From: Eledone cirrhosa
Lineage: Eukaryota
Length of the DNA stretch: 64,000 bases
Reading direction: 5' to 3'
Assembly: GCA_964016885.1 (NCBI GenBank)
Contig: OZ024741.1
Location: 154,938,001-155,002,000, forward strand
In this document: piece after piece, positions 25,244-38,419 of the stretch
Layout of the letters: each line of letters begins with the position of its first letter
Numbering within the stretch: the stretch's first letter is position 1
Notes under the pieces: model-generated
The model's input: the letters and a program-made list of their open reading frames with translations, nothing else
What the model was told of the DNA's origin: nothing
The model's database searches: none
Program-made: the position numbers and the translations under genes

Positions 25244-25247
<4 letters not shown>
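25047..25247. mobile_element. (TA)n-embedded element ending in a perfect 115-bp palindrome (25130-25244)
   Basis: 57-bp arms with a 1-nt centre at 25187; related copies at 46238-46378 and 23957-24013. Confidence 0.9.
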
Positions 25248-25289
<42 letters not shown>

Positions 25290-25495
25290 GTGTGTGTGTG
25301 TGTGTAGAGTCTGCTACAAAACCACTTGGCACCACAGTCGGGATATTACATATGTATGTATGTATGTGTGTATATCAAAGTTATATATTGAGTTAGAAAC
25401 TCAAAATAGACTCTTACAATAAAATAGCTCTAGGAAAGAGATTTTTCTGAGCCGTGTATATATATATATGAGAGAGAAAGAGAGAGAGAGAGGGG

Positions 25496-25533
<38 letters not shown>

Positions 25534-26274
25534 CACATGAGCAGATAAATAGATGGACAGTTAGATAAATAGCTTTACTATTCAAAAGTTTAATAAATAT
25601 TTATATTATCTTCATTTAAAATCAGCTTTCCTTGTTACCAAAGATTGGACTCGGATATATATATGTGTGTGTGTGTATATGTGTGTGTGTATATATGTGT
25701 GTGTGTGTGTGTGTGTATGTGTATATATGTATGTGTATATATGTGTGTAAATATATGTGGGGGTGTATATATATATGTGTGGGGGTGTATATATATATAT
25801 ATATGTATGTATATATATATATGCGTGTGTGTGTTTATATGTGCATATATTTGGGCTTGTATATATGTACATATTTGTGTGTGTGCATAAATGTATGTTT
25901 TTTTATCATTTTCAGGATGTGTATAGCTATATATATATGTGTGTGTGTATGTTTGTGTATGTGTGTGTGTGTTTTTGTGGTTGTATGTATGTGTTTAGAT
26001 GTGTTTGTATATGTTTGCCTGTATATTTATGTATATATGTTTTTGTATGTATATATGTGTGTTTGTATTGTGTGTGTATCCATGTGTGTATATATATGTT
26101 TGTGCTTGTTTCTGTGTATGTTTGTATATGTATGTTAGTGTGTGAGTGAATCAGACACAAATTAAAATATTGAAGCATGTAGTGTATCTCTATTATTCCC
26201 TATATCCTTTCTTTTTTAGCTCCTTTGATACCAAATTCTAAAAACCTTTGTTAAGTTACTTTCCAAACATGTGT

Positions 26275-26528
26275 TTAACCCTTTTGTTACTAACTTGGCT
26301 GAAACCACCCCTGGTTCTATGATACAAAACTTTATTTTCAAATATTTTATTATCTAAAAACTTTTCATCATAATATTATATAAGAAACTTTGTTATGTTC
26401 CAAACACCAACTTAATAACAAAAAAGTTAATTATATTATATAATCCTTTCAAATTCTTGATTATTTTCCAAATTATTTGAAAATCTAGGTAGTATCTTTC
26501 ATTAAAACTATGCTAATGAAAATGTTAA
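26275..26528. mobile_element. piggyBac-type MITE family; other copies 28457-28927 (SINE-interrupted), about 12150-12305, about 38785-38955
   Basis: TTAACCCTTTTGTTAC ... GCTAATGAAAATGTTAA termini; shared GAAACCACCCCTGGTT internal motif. Confidence 0.6.
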
Positions 26529-26539
26529 GATACGTCCTC

Positions 26540-27102
26540 AATTTTCCCAAGCTTCTTCTTCCACCCTCCCTAGTTCCCATCCCACACCACGAAGCAGCCC
26601 CATGGAGCTATGACAAAACTGTCCAGCTCTCAATGTATAGTGGTCACATATGTGTCAAGACAAAAGCAACCAGTCAACACTGTAAAGTGGTAATGTCAGT
26701 GATGTGACAAAAAAGTGCCCAGTTCACACAGTAAAGGGGTCATGTCGGTGACATGTCAAAAAGTGCCCAGTCCACACTGTAAAGTGGCCGTATAGGAGTC
26801 ACGACAAAAAGCACCCAGTCCACACAGTAAAGGGGTCATGTCGGTGACACAACAAAAAGTGCCCAGTCCATACTGTAATGTGGTTGTGTGGGTGACATGA
26901 CAAAAAGTGCTCAGTCCATACTGTAATGTGATTGGTGTTAGGAAGAGCATCCAGCTGTAGAAGCCAAGCCAAAATCAGCTCGGGGTGAGTGAAACATGTT
27001 CCTTTGACCTGATTCTTTCCCAAAGGGTCAGCTTGTCCTACCCATGCTAGCGTGGAAAATGGACGTGGAAAATGGACGTTAAATGATGATGATGATGATG
27101 AT
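26540..27102 (+). mobile_element. RTE 3'UTR with an internal tandem array (about 41 bp x 6-7) and (GAT)n tail
   Basis: AAAAGTGCCCAGTCCACACTGTAAAGTGG units followed by GGTGTTAGGAAG.GCATCCAGCTGTAGAA. Confidence 0.8.
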
Positions 27103-27254
27103 AATGTTGAGTAGGGTGCAATTTTAAGAAAATTTGGCTGCTGTATATTCCCAGTAGGTGAAACAACTGCATATATTCTCCCTCATTTGGCTTGGATATG
27201 TCTCTGTAATTCTGTAGGGTTTCTTGAGTGTTTTAATGATAGGCACCCCAGGCT

Positions 27255-27835
27255 TGCTTAACATCCATTTTTCCATGCTAGCATGGGTTAGAGTAGTTGT
27301 CCCATTGTGAGGCAAGCCAGATCAGATGACTGTGTCTTGTTCATATAGAATTGATTTTGGCTTGGTTTCTATGGCTGGATTCCCTTCCTAACACAAACCA
27401 CATTTACAGTGTGTACTGGGTGCTTTTTATCATGGCACCAACTCAACCAATTTACAATGTGAACTGGAGGGTGGAGTGGATGAGGTACATCTAGGGGGTG
27501 TTAGCGTGTGGGTTGAGTGTTAGGATGTGGATGGGGGTGTTAGGACGTGGGAAGTGTATGGAAGAAGGTATAGAGGGTAAAGTAGGGTAAAGTGGTGCAT
27601 ACTAGTTGTATGCTTCAACTCATGCACATGGGAAAGCAGGTCTTCTGTAAAAACTCAGAGATCTCGATCCTGTGTCATTGCCTTTGAGAGATGTAATTGA
27701 ATGTGGTCAGCTTTGACCACCTCATCCCAACTCTTCCTAGGTCTTCCTACAACATAGCTTCCATCAACTTTGGGCACCCTGCACCTCTTTATGCAGACAT
27801 TGTCCTTCATATGTATTGCATATCCATACCCAGAA
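27255..27835 (-). mobile_element. Degenerate RTE 3' fragment
   Basis: YGYAIHMKDNVCIKRCR..GRPRKSWDEVVKAD plus 3'UTR. Confidence 0.8.
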
Positions 27836-28612
27836 TAAATACTTTTTCTTCTTGTCAGTTTTTCAAAGCGTGCATGGGCGTCATATAACAGCAATCCAGC
27901 TCCCCACATAGTTCTTTGTATTTTCATTGAAATCTTCAAGTTCATTTGAGCTGCATGGGTTGGTTAGCAGTGAGCAGACAAGGCAATTTTGCTCCATAGT
28001 CTGGTTTGTTTCTCTACCTTCACAGGTAGCTTTTGATCACCCCATTCTTGTTCTCATGAAGTTGATTGCCTTCCACTGATCCCTCACTGAACCAGAAGGG
28101 AGATCTTCAAAGGGGAGGCTTTCCATGTCAGTTAGAGAAGGTTCTTGAAAATAAATCCTGTATGGTATCTAATCCAATACTAATTTGCCTCTGGCAAATG
28201 TGTGAGTCAGAGTCTAGCATGTTTCTGCTTGGAATCACAGCTTTGTATAATTTTGTTAAACCTCTGTTTGTTTATGTGCCTTGTTTTTGCTCTATGATCT
28301 AGTCTTTTATGAATGATTGATTTTATCATAGAATTAGTAATTCTATCACAGTAGTAGAACTCCATCTAACAATGTTACTTTTATATATTATCTAATTGGC
28401 ACAATTTCAACTTTTTTTTTTATTTTTAATTTGTTTTGCTCTTTTTTTTTCACACTTTAAAACATTTCTGATACCATACTGACGGAAACTGCCCCCTGGT
28501 TTATGATAAAAAAATGTTTTAAAGTGTTTGTTTTTATTAAAAAACAAAAAAGAAAACTTTCTATCAAAATTTTATGTGAAACCCTAGTGTTACGTTCCAA
28601 ATAACAGACTAA

Positions 28613-28825
28613 TAATGATTTCTGATTTAGGCACAAGGCCAACAATTTTTGGAGAGGGGAAAGTTGATTAAATCGACCCCAGTGTGTTACTGGTGCTTTA
28701 TTTTATTGACTCCAAAAGGATGAAAGGCAAAGTTAACCTCGGCGGGATTTGAACTCAGAACATAAAGGGATGTAACTCTATGTTACATAGCATGTTGTCT
28801 GACCACCGCCAATTCACCGCCCTCA
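28613..28825 (-). mobile_element. SINE family A inserted in a MITE
   Basis: Family A reverse complement inside the 28457-28927 TTAA element. Confidence 0.85.
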
Positions 28826-29139
28826 AATAACAGTACTAAATCCCTCTAAATTTTGTATTATTTTAAAAATTATTTGAAAACCCATAAGCAGTGTCATACA
28901 TTAGAAATATGGTAAAGAAAGAGTTAAAATGTTTATATTTATCTAAAAATCTTCTACTATAATTTTATGTTAGAGCCTTTAAGTTGTGTTTTAAGCACCA
29001 GCTCAATAAGAAAGTTAGTTATATTTCTAAATCCCTCCAAATTCTTGATTATTTTCAAAATATTTTGAAAACTTTAATAGTGTCTTTCATTAGACTTTGG
29101 AGGGATTTACTAAAATCACTTATTATTTCATTATTAAAA

Positions 29140-29330
29140 GGGCGGTGGATTGGCAGTATCGGTAGAGGGTCGGACGCCATGCTTTCCAGCATAGTTATGT
29201 CCCTTTACGATCTGAGTTCAAATCCCGCCAAGGTTGACTTTGCCTTTCATCCTTACGGGGTCGATAAAATAAAGTACCAGTAATGCACTGGGTAATTGCT
29301 GGCTTTGTGCCTAAAGTAGAAACAATTATT
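29140..29330 (+). mobile_element. SINE family A, young full-length copy
   Basis: GGCGGTGGATTGGCAGTATCGGTAGAG (A-box-like), GAGTTCAAATCCC (B-box-like), core and tail. Confidence 0.9.
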
Positions 29331-31258
29331 TCATTATTAAAATAGAATTTGTAACATAATTTAACAAAAGTATGAAATTATGTTGGAAGATTTTAATTTT
29401 GTTTCATAAAATCTGAGGCAATTTTGGATAGGTTGTATCAAAAAGATTAATGCAAAAATATTAAAAAAAACTTATTTCTCTTCATAGGCAATGAATTGAC
29501 AGAGTTGTTAGGATGTTGGGTTAAGTACCTCAGTATTTGTTATGGCTCTCTGTTCTCTGAGTTCAAATCCTACATCCTTTTACCAGGAGTTGTGATCAGC
29601 AGATCGTATCAGCTATGGAAAGATCAGTGAAAACATTGTTTCCTTGATCTGTCAATCGGTTCCTTTATTTTCATTATGAAGGATATATTTGTAATATAAC
29701 TTAATAAAAGGTTCTTATATCAAATTATATTGAAAGATTTGAATTTAGATAGGAACCCTTTAAAATGGGTGGTTTGCTTTATAAAACCAAAGGCAATTTT
29801 GGACAGTTTGGTATTGAAACAATTATTTGATAATCATATTTTTAATAAGTGAATGGATAAACAAATCTAAAAGCTTAGTTTTATTTATTGGTGGCAAATA
29901 GAGAGAGTTGTTAGGACATCAGATTTAATGGCCCTAGCTCATTATACTCTGAATTTAAATCCGGCCTCCTGCCAGGAGTTGCAACTGATAGCTAGTATCA
30001 GCAATGAAAAGATCAATGGAAACATAGTTTTCATGGTCAGATCTGATAATTGGCTCCTTTCTGTTCCTTTCTTGTTTTCTGTTTCTTAGATTTATTTCTT
30101 AGATTTGTTTCTACCTTTGTTTACCATTTTGGTGTTGTCTCTCTTCTCGAAAAATAAATATTGAAGATAACTTGGCAAATATTTTCTGAGCACTTGTGTG
30201 GTTTTTCAGTTGGTATTATACAAACAGCAGGAACCCCTTTCCAGTTGTTGTGTTGTCTTATGTCCTTTGGTAATTCCTCTGTTTCTGTTGTTCTCTGATT
30301 TTGTTATACCATATCCAGAATTGTTTATGGGTGGTTTTTGATATTTTTTTTTGCTTCTCTTATATTCTTAGATATATTTCTAAAAGTATGTTGCAATATT
30401 GACTGATACATCTTTGTGATTCATGGGGGATTTTTTGTTGTTGTTTATTTACATATATTTTGTTGTGTTGTTCTATCCAAAGGGATCCCTTGTTGTTGTT
30501 TTTTTAATTATTATTCATCTGATTCCATCACATGCTGGTTTCTTCAAGAACTCTTCAAGTTCTTTGTCTGTTGGGGATTCCTTCTGTTTTATTGTTGTTG
30601 TTTGTTTAGTCAAATACTATGGATGCAAGATATCCAAATGATTAAAAAGATTGTTTTGCAATCATTAGGTCATGGGTTTGATTCCACTATGGAGCAACTT
30701 GGGCAAATATCATTTCCCACAGCCTTGTGTTGAGCCAAATATTGTGAGTAAAACTGAATAGACTAAAACTGTTTGGAAAAGCATCAAATGAACGGTACCT
30801 GTAATTGAAAAAGCCAGCCATGTCATACACTGTGCCGCACTGTATCTTCCTGAGAATGACGTTAATGATATATGTGTTTGTGGAATACTCAGTCACTTCC
30901 ATGTTAATTTCATGAGCTGAATGTTCCCTTGATCTAACTACTGAAACATACATAGAATCAATGGAAGTCCAACAGTATCTGTGTGTCTGTCATTTTTTTC
31001 TTTAGATAGAAATACTGAGATGGAGAAGGAGAGAGAGGAGGGAGAGAAAGAAATAGATATGTAGACAGGACAGGTAGATACATAGAGAAAGGGAAAGAAG
31101 TAGAGAGAGAGAGAGAATGACAGACAGATAGGGAGAAAGATAGAAAGGAGATTATTTAGCTGAGAATTCAAAGAAACGATTGGTTGGCAATTTTCCATTT
31201 CATTTCACTAATCTAAAATCTAGGAAAACTTGGATATTTCACTAAACTAAAGTGGTTC

Positions 31259-31351
<93 letters not shown>

Positions 31352-31367
31352 GTGTATGTATTTATTT

Positions 31368-33615
31368 AAACCCAAATGAAAACTATGGGTACACAAGAGA
31401 TGTAGTGGGATTTCAGGCAGAATAGCAAAGAATGCACGTTTTATATGTGGTTGTTGCACAGTTGCAGTAAATAGCAAAGCACACAACATACTAGCTTCTT
31501 TAAATTTCCAGAGGGCTCAGCAGAAATAGTTGACAGTTTCTGATACTTGGGTGACCAAATTAGTAGTGGAGATGGGTGTTACAAAAGCACAGTAGCCAGG
31601 GTGTGAACGGGAAGGAGAAAGTTCAGGGAGCTACTACTGCTGCTAGCTACAAAAAATTTTTTTCCTCAAAATGAAGGTCAGATTGTATGATGTGTGTATA
31701 CAAGTAGCAATGTTGCATGTTAGTGAGACCTGGGCACTGTGTGCAGAGGACCTGTAAAGATTGAAAATAAATGAAGGTTGCATGCTTCAATGGATGTGTA
31801 ATAGTGATATACATGAATGGCAAAGTGTAAATGATCTGAGAGAGACACTGGGCATAAGAGGAATCAGACGCAGTGTGCAGGAGAGGAGATTGTAGTGCTA
31901 TGGACATGTGATGTGTATGAAGGATACACATAAACGATGCTGGGAGCTCAAAGTTGATGGTAGCTATGGAGTAGGAAAATCTAAGAAAGCTAGGGATGAG
32001 GTGATAAAAGCTGACCTCTCAAAGGCAATGACACAGGCTCGAGATCTCTAGTGTTATGTGCACTGGATAAAGCAACATCTTGTAGTCTCTAGTATGCACC
32101 ACTTCTCTCTCCTCCTCCTTCCGTACTCCTCCCACTTCTTAACACTCCACCCTTCACCTACCTCTCCAGTCTTCACCTGGTAATTAGAATAGAAAATAGA
32201 ACCCTGATCCCCTCGAGGAAATGACTCTGCTCAGTGTGTAGGAAAGATGTAGGTAGAAATTCCATCCACTGTCCCAAATGCAAATTATGGGTACACAAGA
32301 GATGTAGTGAGATTTCAGAAACATTAGCTAAAAATGTAGGTTCTACATGTAGCTATTGCACCAAAGCAATAAGCAGGAAACAAGTGCTATCAAATTCTGG
32401 GAAGGTTCGGTAGAAGCAGTAGATAGCTTCTGCTACCTGGGTGACCAAATTGGCAGCGGAGGTGGGTGTTCTGAAAGTATAGTAGCCAGAGTAAGAAAAA
32501 GATGGAAGAAGTTCAGGGATCTATTTCTGCTAGCTACAAAAGGCTTTTCCCTCAAAATGAAAGATAGACTGTATGATGTGTGCATACGAACAGCAATGTT
32601 GTATGGTAGTGCGACCTGGGCACTGTGTGTGGAAGACTTGTTAAGATTGGAAAGAAATGAAGCTTGCATGCTCCGATGGACGTGTAATAGTAATATTCGT
32701 GAATGGCAAAGCCCCCAGCGCACACTGTAAAGTGGTCGTGTAGGTGTCATGCTATAAAACACCCATCTCACAGTGTAAAGTGGTTGTGTAGGTGTCACTG
32801 TAAATGGGGTTGGCATTGGGAAAGTTATCCAGCTGTAGAAACCAGACCAAAATCAGTTTTGTATGAGCAATTGATGGAAGTAATGGAGTAGGAAGATCTA
32901 GGATGAAGTGATAAAAGCTGACCTTGCACAATTGCCCCTTTCAAAGGTGATGGCACAAGATTGAGATCCCTGGCATTATTTAGTAATACAGAAGACCTGC
33001 CTTCCCATGTGCATAGGTTGAAGCATACATCTAGTATGCACCACTTTCCCCTACTCAACCTTCCATCTCCCCTTCCATACACCTCCCAACCCCTAACACC
33101 CCACTCTTCACCCACATCCTAACACTCCACCCATGTTGTAATACCCCCACTTTCCACCCACGTCCTTACACTCTACCCTTCACCAGTTAAGTACCCCACC
33201 CTAGATCTACCATTCTAATCCTCTCCACCCATCCCCCTGTCCACACTGTAAAGTGGTCATTTTGGTGCCATAACAAAAAGCACCTAGTCCACACTATAAG
33301 GTTGTGTTGGTGCCACAACAAAAATGTGCCCAGTCCACATTATAAAGTGGTTGTGTTAGTGCCACGACAAAAATGTGCCCCAAACACACTGTAGAATGGT
33401 TGTATTGGTGCCACAACAAAAAGCACCCAGTCCACATTATAAATGTGGTTGGCATTAGGAAGGGCATCCAGCTGTAGCAACCAAGCCAGAATCAGTTCTG
33501 TATAATATGGTCATGTGCAATAACTTGTCTCATAATGGGGCAACTCGTCTAACCCATGTTAGCAGAGGAAAATGGATGTTAAATGGTTATGATGATGATG
33601 ATGATGATGATGATG
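31368..33615 (+). mobile_element. Two degenerate tandem RTE-PHD fragments plus a 3'UTR with tandem array
   Basis: WVHKRCSG at about 31386 and about 32287, FCYLGD, LERNEACMLRW; 41-bp array at 33240-33450; (GAT)n tail. Confidence 0.8.
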
Positions 33616-33889
33616 TTGGTGTAAAGTACCAGATTAAAATGCCTCAGTATTTTTTCCAGCTTTCTTTCCTCTAAGTTCAAATCCCACCAAGGCTAACTTT
33701 ACCTTTCATCCTTTTGGGGTTGATAAAAGAAGTACCAATCCAGTTCTGGGGTTGAATCCTCATTTATCATCCCCTCTCTCCTTCTCTCTAGAAGAAATCA
33801 GCTGCATTAAGACCTGGGAAGGGATGGGCTCCACCATGTTCAAAATGCCAAAGACACCATGCATCAGGAAGATGTCTTTCTGACATCAT

Positions 33890-34230
33890 CACGAGATATG
33901 GACTCTTTTTTTTTTATATGGAGTGACCTTCATCCATTTCAATGATGAGTGTATCAGAGGTATGTTCAACTGAACAGCCTTCTAATAAAACTTGAATGGA
34001 TCTCTGCCAGTTTCGATGAGGAGTGTTCCAGTTGCATGCAGAACAATGAAAACAATTTGCATGCACTCACCCAGTGTTCATGCATTGCTTACTTTGGGAG
34101 TTTTGTCAAACAGCTATTGTCACATATACGATGGATCTGGCTATTGGCTGACCCCATTGTAAAGATTGCCCCACTGCCTTCTTTTAGTTAGGAAAGTCAG
34201 ACAATTTTCTTCTGTCTGGTGGCCAAGGTG
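33890..34230 (+). mobile_element. Tx1/L1 ORF2 C-terminal fragment
   Basis: CSSCMQNNENNLHALTQC CCHC knuckle; similar to 36180-36440. Confidence 0.6.
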
Positions 34231-34509
34231 AGAAACTCATTGCATACATAGATAAGCTACAAAAATAAACACACCAGATTGTTCACGTCATGCACTTTAC
34301 ACAGTTACAAGTATATCATTTGCTTTATACATGTACACATAATCTGTTTAAAACCATATTTACAACTTACATAATTATGGAATATAATAAAATAAAGTTA
34401 TGTAAAAAAATTACCAAGATGATTATCATTCTCACGATAGTGCTCTTCTCAATACATGTTCTGTACCTATTAAGACAATTTTTTTCGCTTCTTGCAGAGA
34501 TGGTAAGCT

Positions 34510-35330
34510 AGAGATCATTCTAAATTAATTTTCTGTTCCTTTTTTATCATTCTTAGTGCTCCTACAATCACTGGTATTGTAACCACCTTAGGATACCATC
34601 TTTTTTCCCATTTTGATGAGCAAATCTTTATATTTTCTAAGCTTATCAAATTCTTTTGCCACAATATTGTGATCACATAGAATGCTCATCATCATCATCA
34701 TCATTATCATCACTGTTTTATGTCCATATCAATCAATAAACAGACTTTGTTATTTTGGTCTTTTACAATAATATCCGGTCTGTTAGTTTTGCTGGTTTTG
34801 TTTGTATGTACAGGAAATTCCCAAACAATTGTTACATTATCTCCCTCAGTTACAGCTGCAGGGTGATCCTTATACAGCAGTTTTGATTTTATAATGCCAA
34901 CATATTAACCAGTGTAGATACTGGCTAACTCTGTCATGCTTTGATTTATACTCTACTGGTGCTAAAACTATAGATCCAGAGATTAAGTGGTCCACTGTTT
35001 CAATCTCATCATTGCAGAATCGGCACTTTGGATCTACTTCCATTCCTCAATACATTGGCTTTATAATTCTGAGTTAATAAGCTTTAGTCTTGAGCAGCTA
35101 ATATGAAGCCTTCAGTCTCTGCCTTTAACCCTGAGCTGCATAGCCACTGATGGGTGTGCTTCTGGTCAACATCAGTTTGTTTGCTAAGGGCCACATATTT
35201 GCATGCTTGCTTTCTGCTCCCATCTCGATGTTAATTGTTCATGCCCTTTTTTCTAAGTCTTGGAAGTATCTGTTGTTTTAGGCATTCCTTAGTCTTCGGC
35301 ATTTCCTTTTTTGTTATATTTCTTTAGTAT
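34510..35330 (-). mobile_element. R4/Dong-like RLE LINE 3' fragment
   Basis: Minus strand WLCSSGLKAETEGFILAAQD, CRFC..ETVDHLISG, VWEFPV..NRPDIIVKD..CLLIDM, VTIPVIVGAL. Confidence 0.8.
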
Positions 35331-35814
35331 TTTTATTTTCTTACCTATCCTAGTTTTGCTGTTTTCTTTCCTATTTCATTTAAGATTGAGAGATTTTTTC
35401 TTTTATTTTCTATTTTTTTATCTTTGTTTTCCATGTTTGTGTGGGTTTCGTTTTTCTTGTTTGTGTAGATCTAAGTGAGGTACCCACTTTCTTTTGTAAC
35501 AACAATGGCTGTTTCTTATAATATATTATTTAACCTTGTGATACTAATGTTTTTGTGTTTATTAAATCTATGATGGCTAGACTAACGCTTTTTATAATTG
35601 TTTTTTTTTTTATTAATTTTTATCTTGGTTGGTGATGATGGATCCTTTGGTTCATAGGGAGATCTTCTATTCTTTGCAGTTCTTGGATTATTGCCAGCCT
35701 TATTGTGGTCTTGAGTTTCATTTTTAGTATTTATTTTCCCTACATCTTTCTCCTCATATTTCTTTTAATTTGTATCTTTGGTTTTGTTGTCCTGAATTGT
35801 TTTTTTATTGCACT

Positions 35815-38225
35815 AAGGCTATGCCATCACCTTTTCCTTGAAGGTGAGCAGATGCGGTTGGTATGCTCTAGAAACGTTTTTCCCTGGCTCATCTTCTTGA
35901 TGGAGCAGCAGTCCTGGGTCAAGCAAAGACTGAGAGGGAGTGCTTGGAGACTGCAATGTCTTCAAGTGCTGCTAGCCCTCTTCCAATCAAGCAATATGAT
36001 TGGTGGAAACCCCATCTTGGCATTCTATAGAGTGTTAGTGGTGGATAAAAGTGGCAACATTCTTGGGGAGACTCTGGGCATCAACGATAATGAACTAGCC
36101 AATCTTTTCTGGAGAACATTCAGTCCAGAGACCATGGATAACTTCCAGAAATCACTGGCCTGGCAGTTCAGGGATCATTACCAGTTCAAGATAAACTCTA
36201 CAGGCATGGAAGTGCCATCAACTACTCCTGTCCGAGATGCATACAGGGCGATGAAACTATCCTGCATGCATTTGTCAAGTGTCCAAGCATTGTTGATTTG
36301 TGGGTTTATTTTGAACACCTGCTGCCACATGTAGGATGGATCTAGCTATCAGCTTAGTCCATTGTAAAGATTTCCCCACTACCTTTCTTTACCCAGGAAG
36401 GGTAGGCTGTTATTATTTTCCTGGTGGCCATGGTGAAAAAAGCACTTTCCTCTTTGGCAAAGCCGTAATTAATTTTTTCATGTTTCACTTGAAGAAAAAA
36501 ATCAGGGTGGAGAGGGAAATGTTGCCTTCCAACCAATTTGTTGTGAGGTGTGTGAAAGAGGTGAGCATGGTCCAAATGAATTGGCTTTCTCTGAGTATGC
36601 ACCTATAAATAGGAGAACATCTGAGAGAGGGCAGTCAAAGTTACCGTGGTTATTTGTGGGCTTTCTCCATGATTGATCCTTGGAGGTATCTACCCTTTTG
36701 GGGAATTTGTTGTTTAATTTTTCAATGTTTATTTTTTTGTCTTCTTTATAAACCTTTCTTTCACACAAAAAACCCCACACTCTAACTAACATCTTGTACT
36801 GTCCTTATTGTCCTCATAATGTAAGCCCTGCATGGCTAATAAAGAAACCATTAGCTAGGAAGGGTAGGCAGTTTTTATCTGTCTGGTGGCCATGGTGAAA
36901 GAGATCATGTGGTGGACAAGTATGAAAGGGTTGAAGACGAGCACTTTACCTCTTCGGTAAAGCCCTGATTAACTTTTTCAAATTTCATTTCAAAAGAAAA
37001 ATCAGGGTGGAGAGGGAGGTGATCCCTTCCCAGAAATTTGTTGAGAGATGGGTGAGAGAGATGAGCATGGCCCGAGTGAATGGACCTACTCTGAGTATGC
37101 GCCTGTAGATTGGAGGTGGAAAACTAAGAGAGGGCACTTGTTCTGATGGTCAAGGTGACTGTGGGCTTTGTCCATGAGTAACCTTGGTGGTCTCCCCCCT
37201 ATTGGGGATTTTTCCTTTGTTTCCATTTTTTTGTTGTATCTTTTGTTTTTGTTTCCCTTTTTTACATGCTGAAACCCATATTTGTATCGTCCTGTACTGT
37301 CTTTAATGTATTTTTTGTTAAACCTTTGTGGTTAATAAAGAAATCATTATCATTATTTGGAGACTGGAATGTCTTCAAGTGCTCACAACACTCAGTCGGA
37401 CAGTACAATCAGTGGAAACTCCACCTTAGCGTTCTATAAAGAGTTAGGGGAGAGTAAGAGTGATGACGTCCTTGGGGAGAATCTAGGAGTTGACGATCAA
37501 CTAGACACTCTTTTCCAGTCCAGAGCCCATGGATAACTTCCAGAAATCACTGGCCTGGCAATGCTACCAGTGAACTTTGTCAGTTCGAGATAAACACTAC
37601 AGTGCCATCAGTCAGGTTTGACTGAGGTGCCCACAAGGCAATGGAACCATCCTGCATGCACTTGCTGAGTTTCAGAATATTGCTGACTTGTCACATGTAG
37701 GACGGATCCTACTATCAACTAAGTCCATTGTGAAGATCGCCCCGCTGTCCTCCTTTAGAGGGGAAGGACAGGCAGTTTTTATCTGTCTGGTGGCCGCGTT
37801 TGAAAGGGTTGAAGACAGCCGTTTTTCTCTTTGGTGAAGCCCTGATAAACTTTTTCAGGTTTCACTTGAAGAGGAGCATCAGGGTGGAGAGGGAAGTGCT
37901 GCCTTCCTACCAGTTTACTGAAAGGTGGGTGAGAGAGGCAAGCATGGTCCAAGTGAATGGGCCTGCCTTGAGCATACGCCTGTCGATAAACTGGGAGAGT
38001 GCACTTTGTCCTAGCAGACAGGATGACCTTGGCTTTTGTGGGATTTCTACACAAGTGACCCTTAGAGTCTCCTCACCTTTGGGGAATTTGTTATGTTTGT
38101 TTTAAATGTTTATTTTCTTAGTCTCTGTTCTGAATTTTATTTTACACAAAAAAACCCACACTGTATCGTCCTGAGCCATCTTTAATGTTCTTTAATGCGA
38201 ACCCTGTATAGCTAATAAAGAAATT
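35815..38225 (+). mobile_element. Three head-to-tail 3' ends of a Tx1/L1-clade LINE (35815-36848, 36850-37345, 37360-38225)
   Basis: PVQDKLYRHG..CPRC..DETILHAFVKCP knuckle; repeated CACTTGAAGA..ATCAGGGTGGAGAGGGA; each ends AATAAAGAAA. Confidence 0.85.
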
Positions 38226-38419
38226 ATTATTATTGTTGTTATTGTTGTTGTTGTTGTTGTTGTTGTCATCATCATCATCATCATTTTGTATTTTACAAAA
38301 TTTACATTTCTTTTTTAAAAAAAAGGCCAAAAACTAGTGGAATTATTTTTTTAATTTAAAATCAGATTAATAAATTTGTTAATCTGATGTCCTGCTGTGG
38401 TTCCCATGTTATGTTGCAT

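Noticed and set aside
26660-26930. CRISPR-like regularly spaced repeats (also 33240-33450, 52100-52340)
   Set aside because: Eukaryotic context, no unique spacers or cas genes; these are tandem units of LINE/SINE tails
29140-29230. tRNA gene
   Set aside because: Only A/B-box-like SINE heads; no full cloverleaf, and the sequence continues into SINE core
35705-36334. 209-aa ORF with a hydrophobic N-terminus
   Set aside because: Chimera of T-rich low-complexity sequence and a frameshifted Tx1 ORF2 remnant
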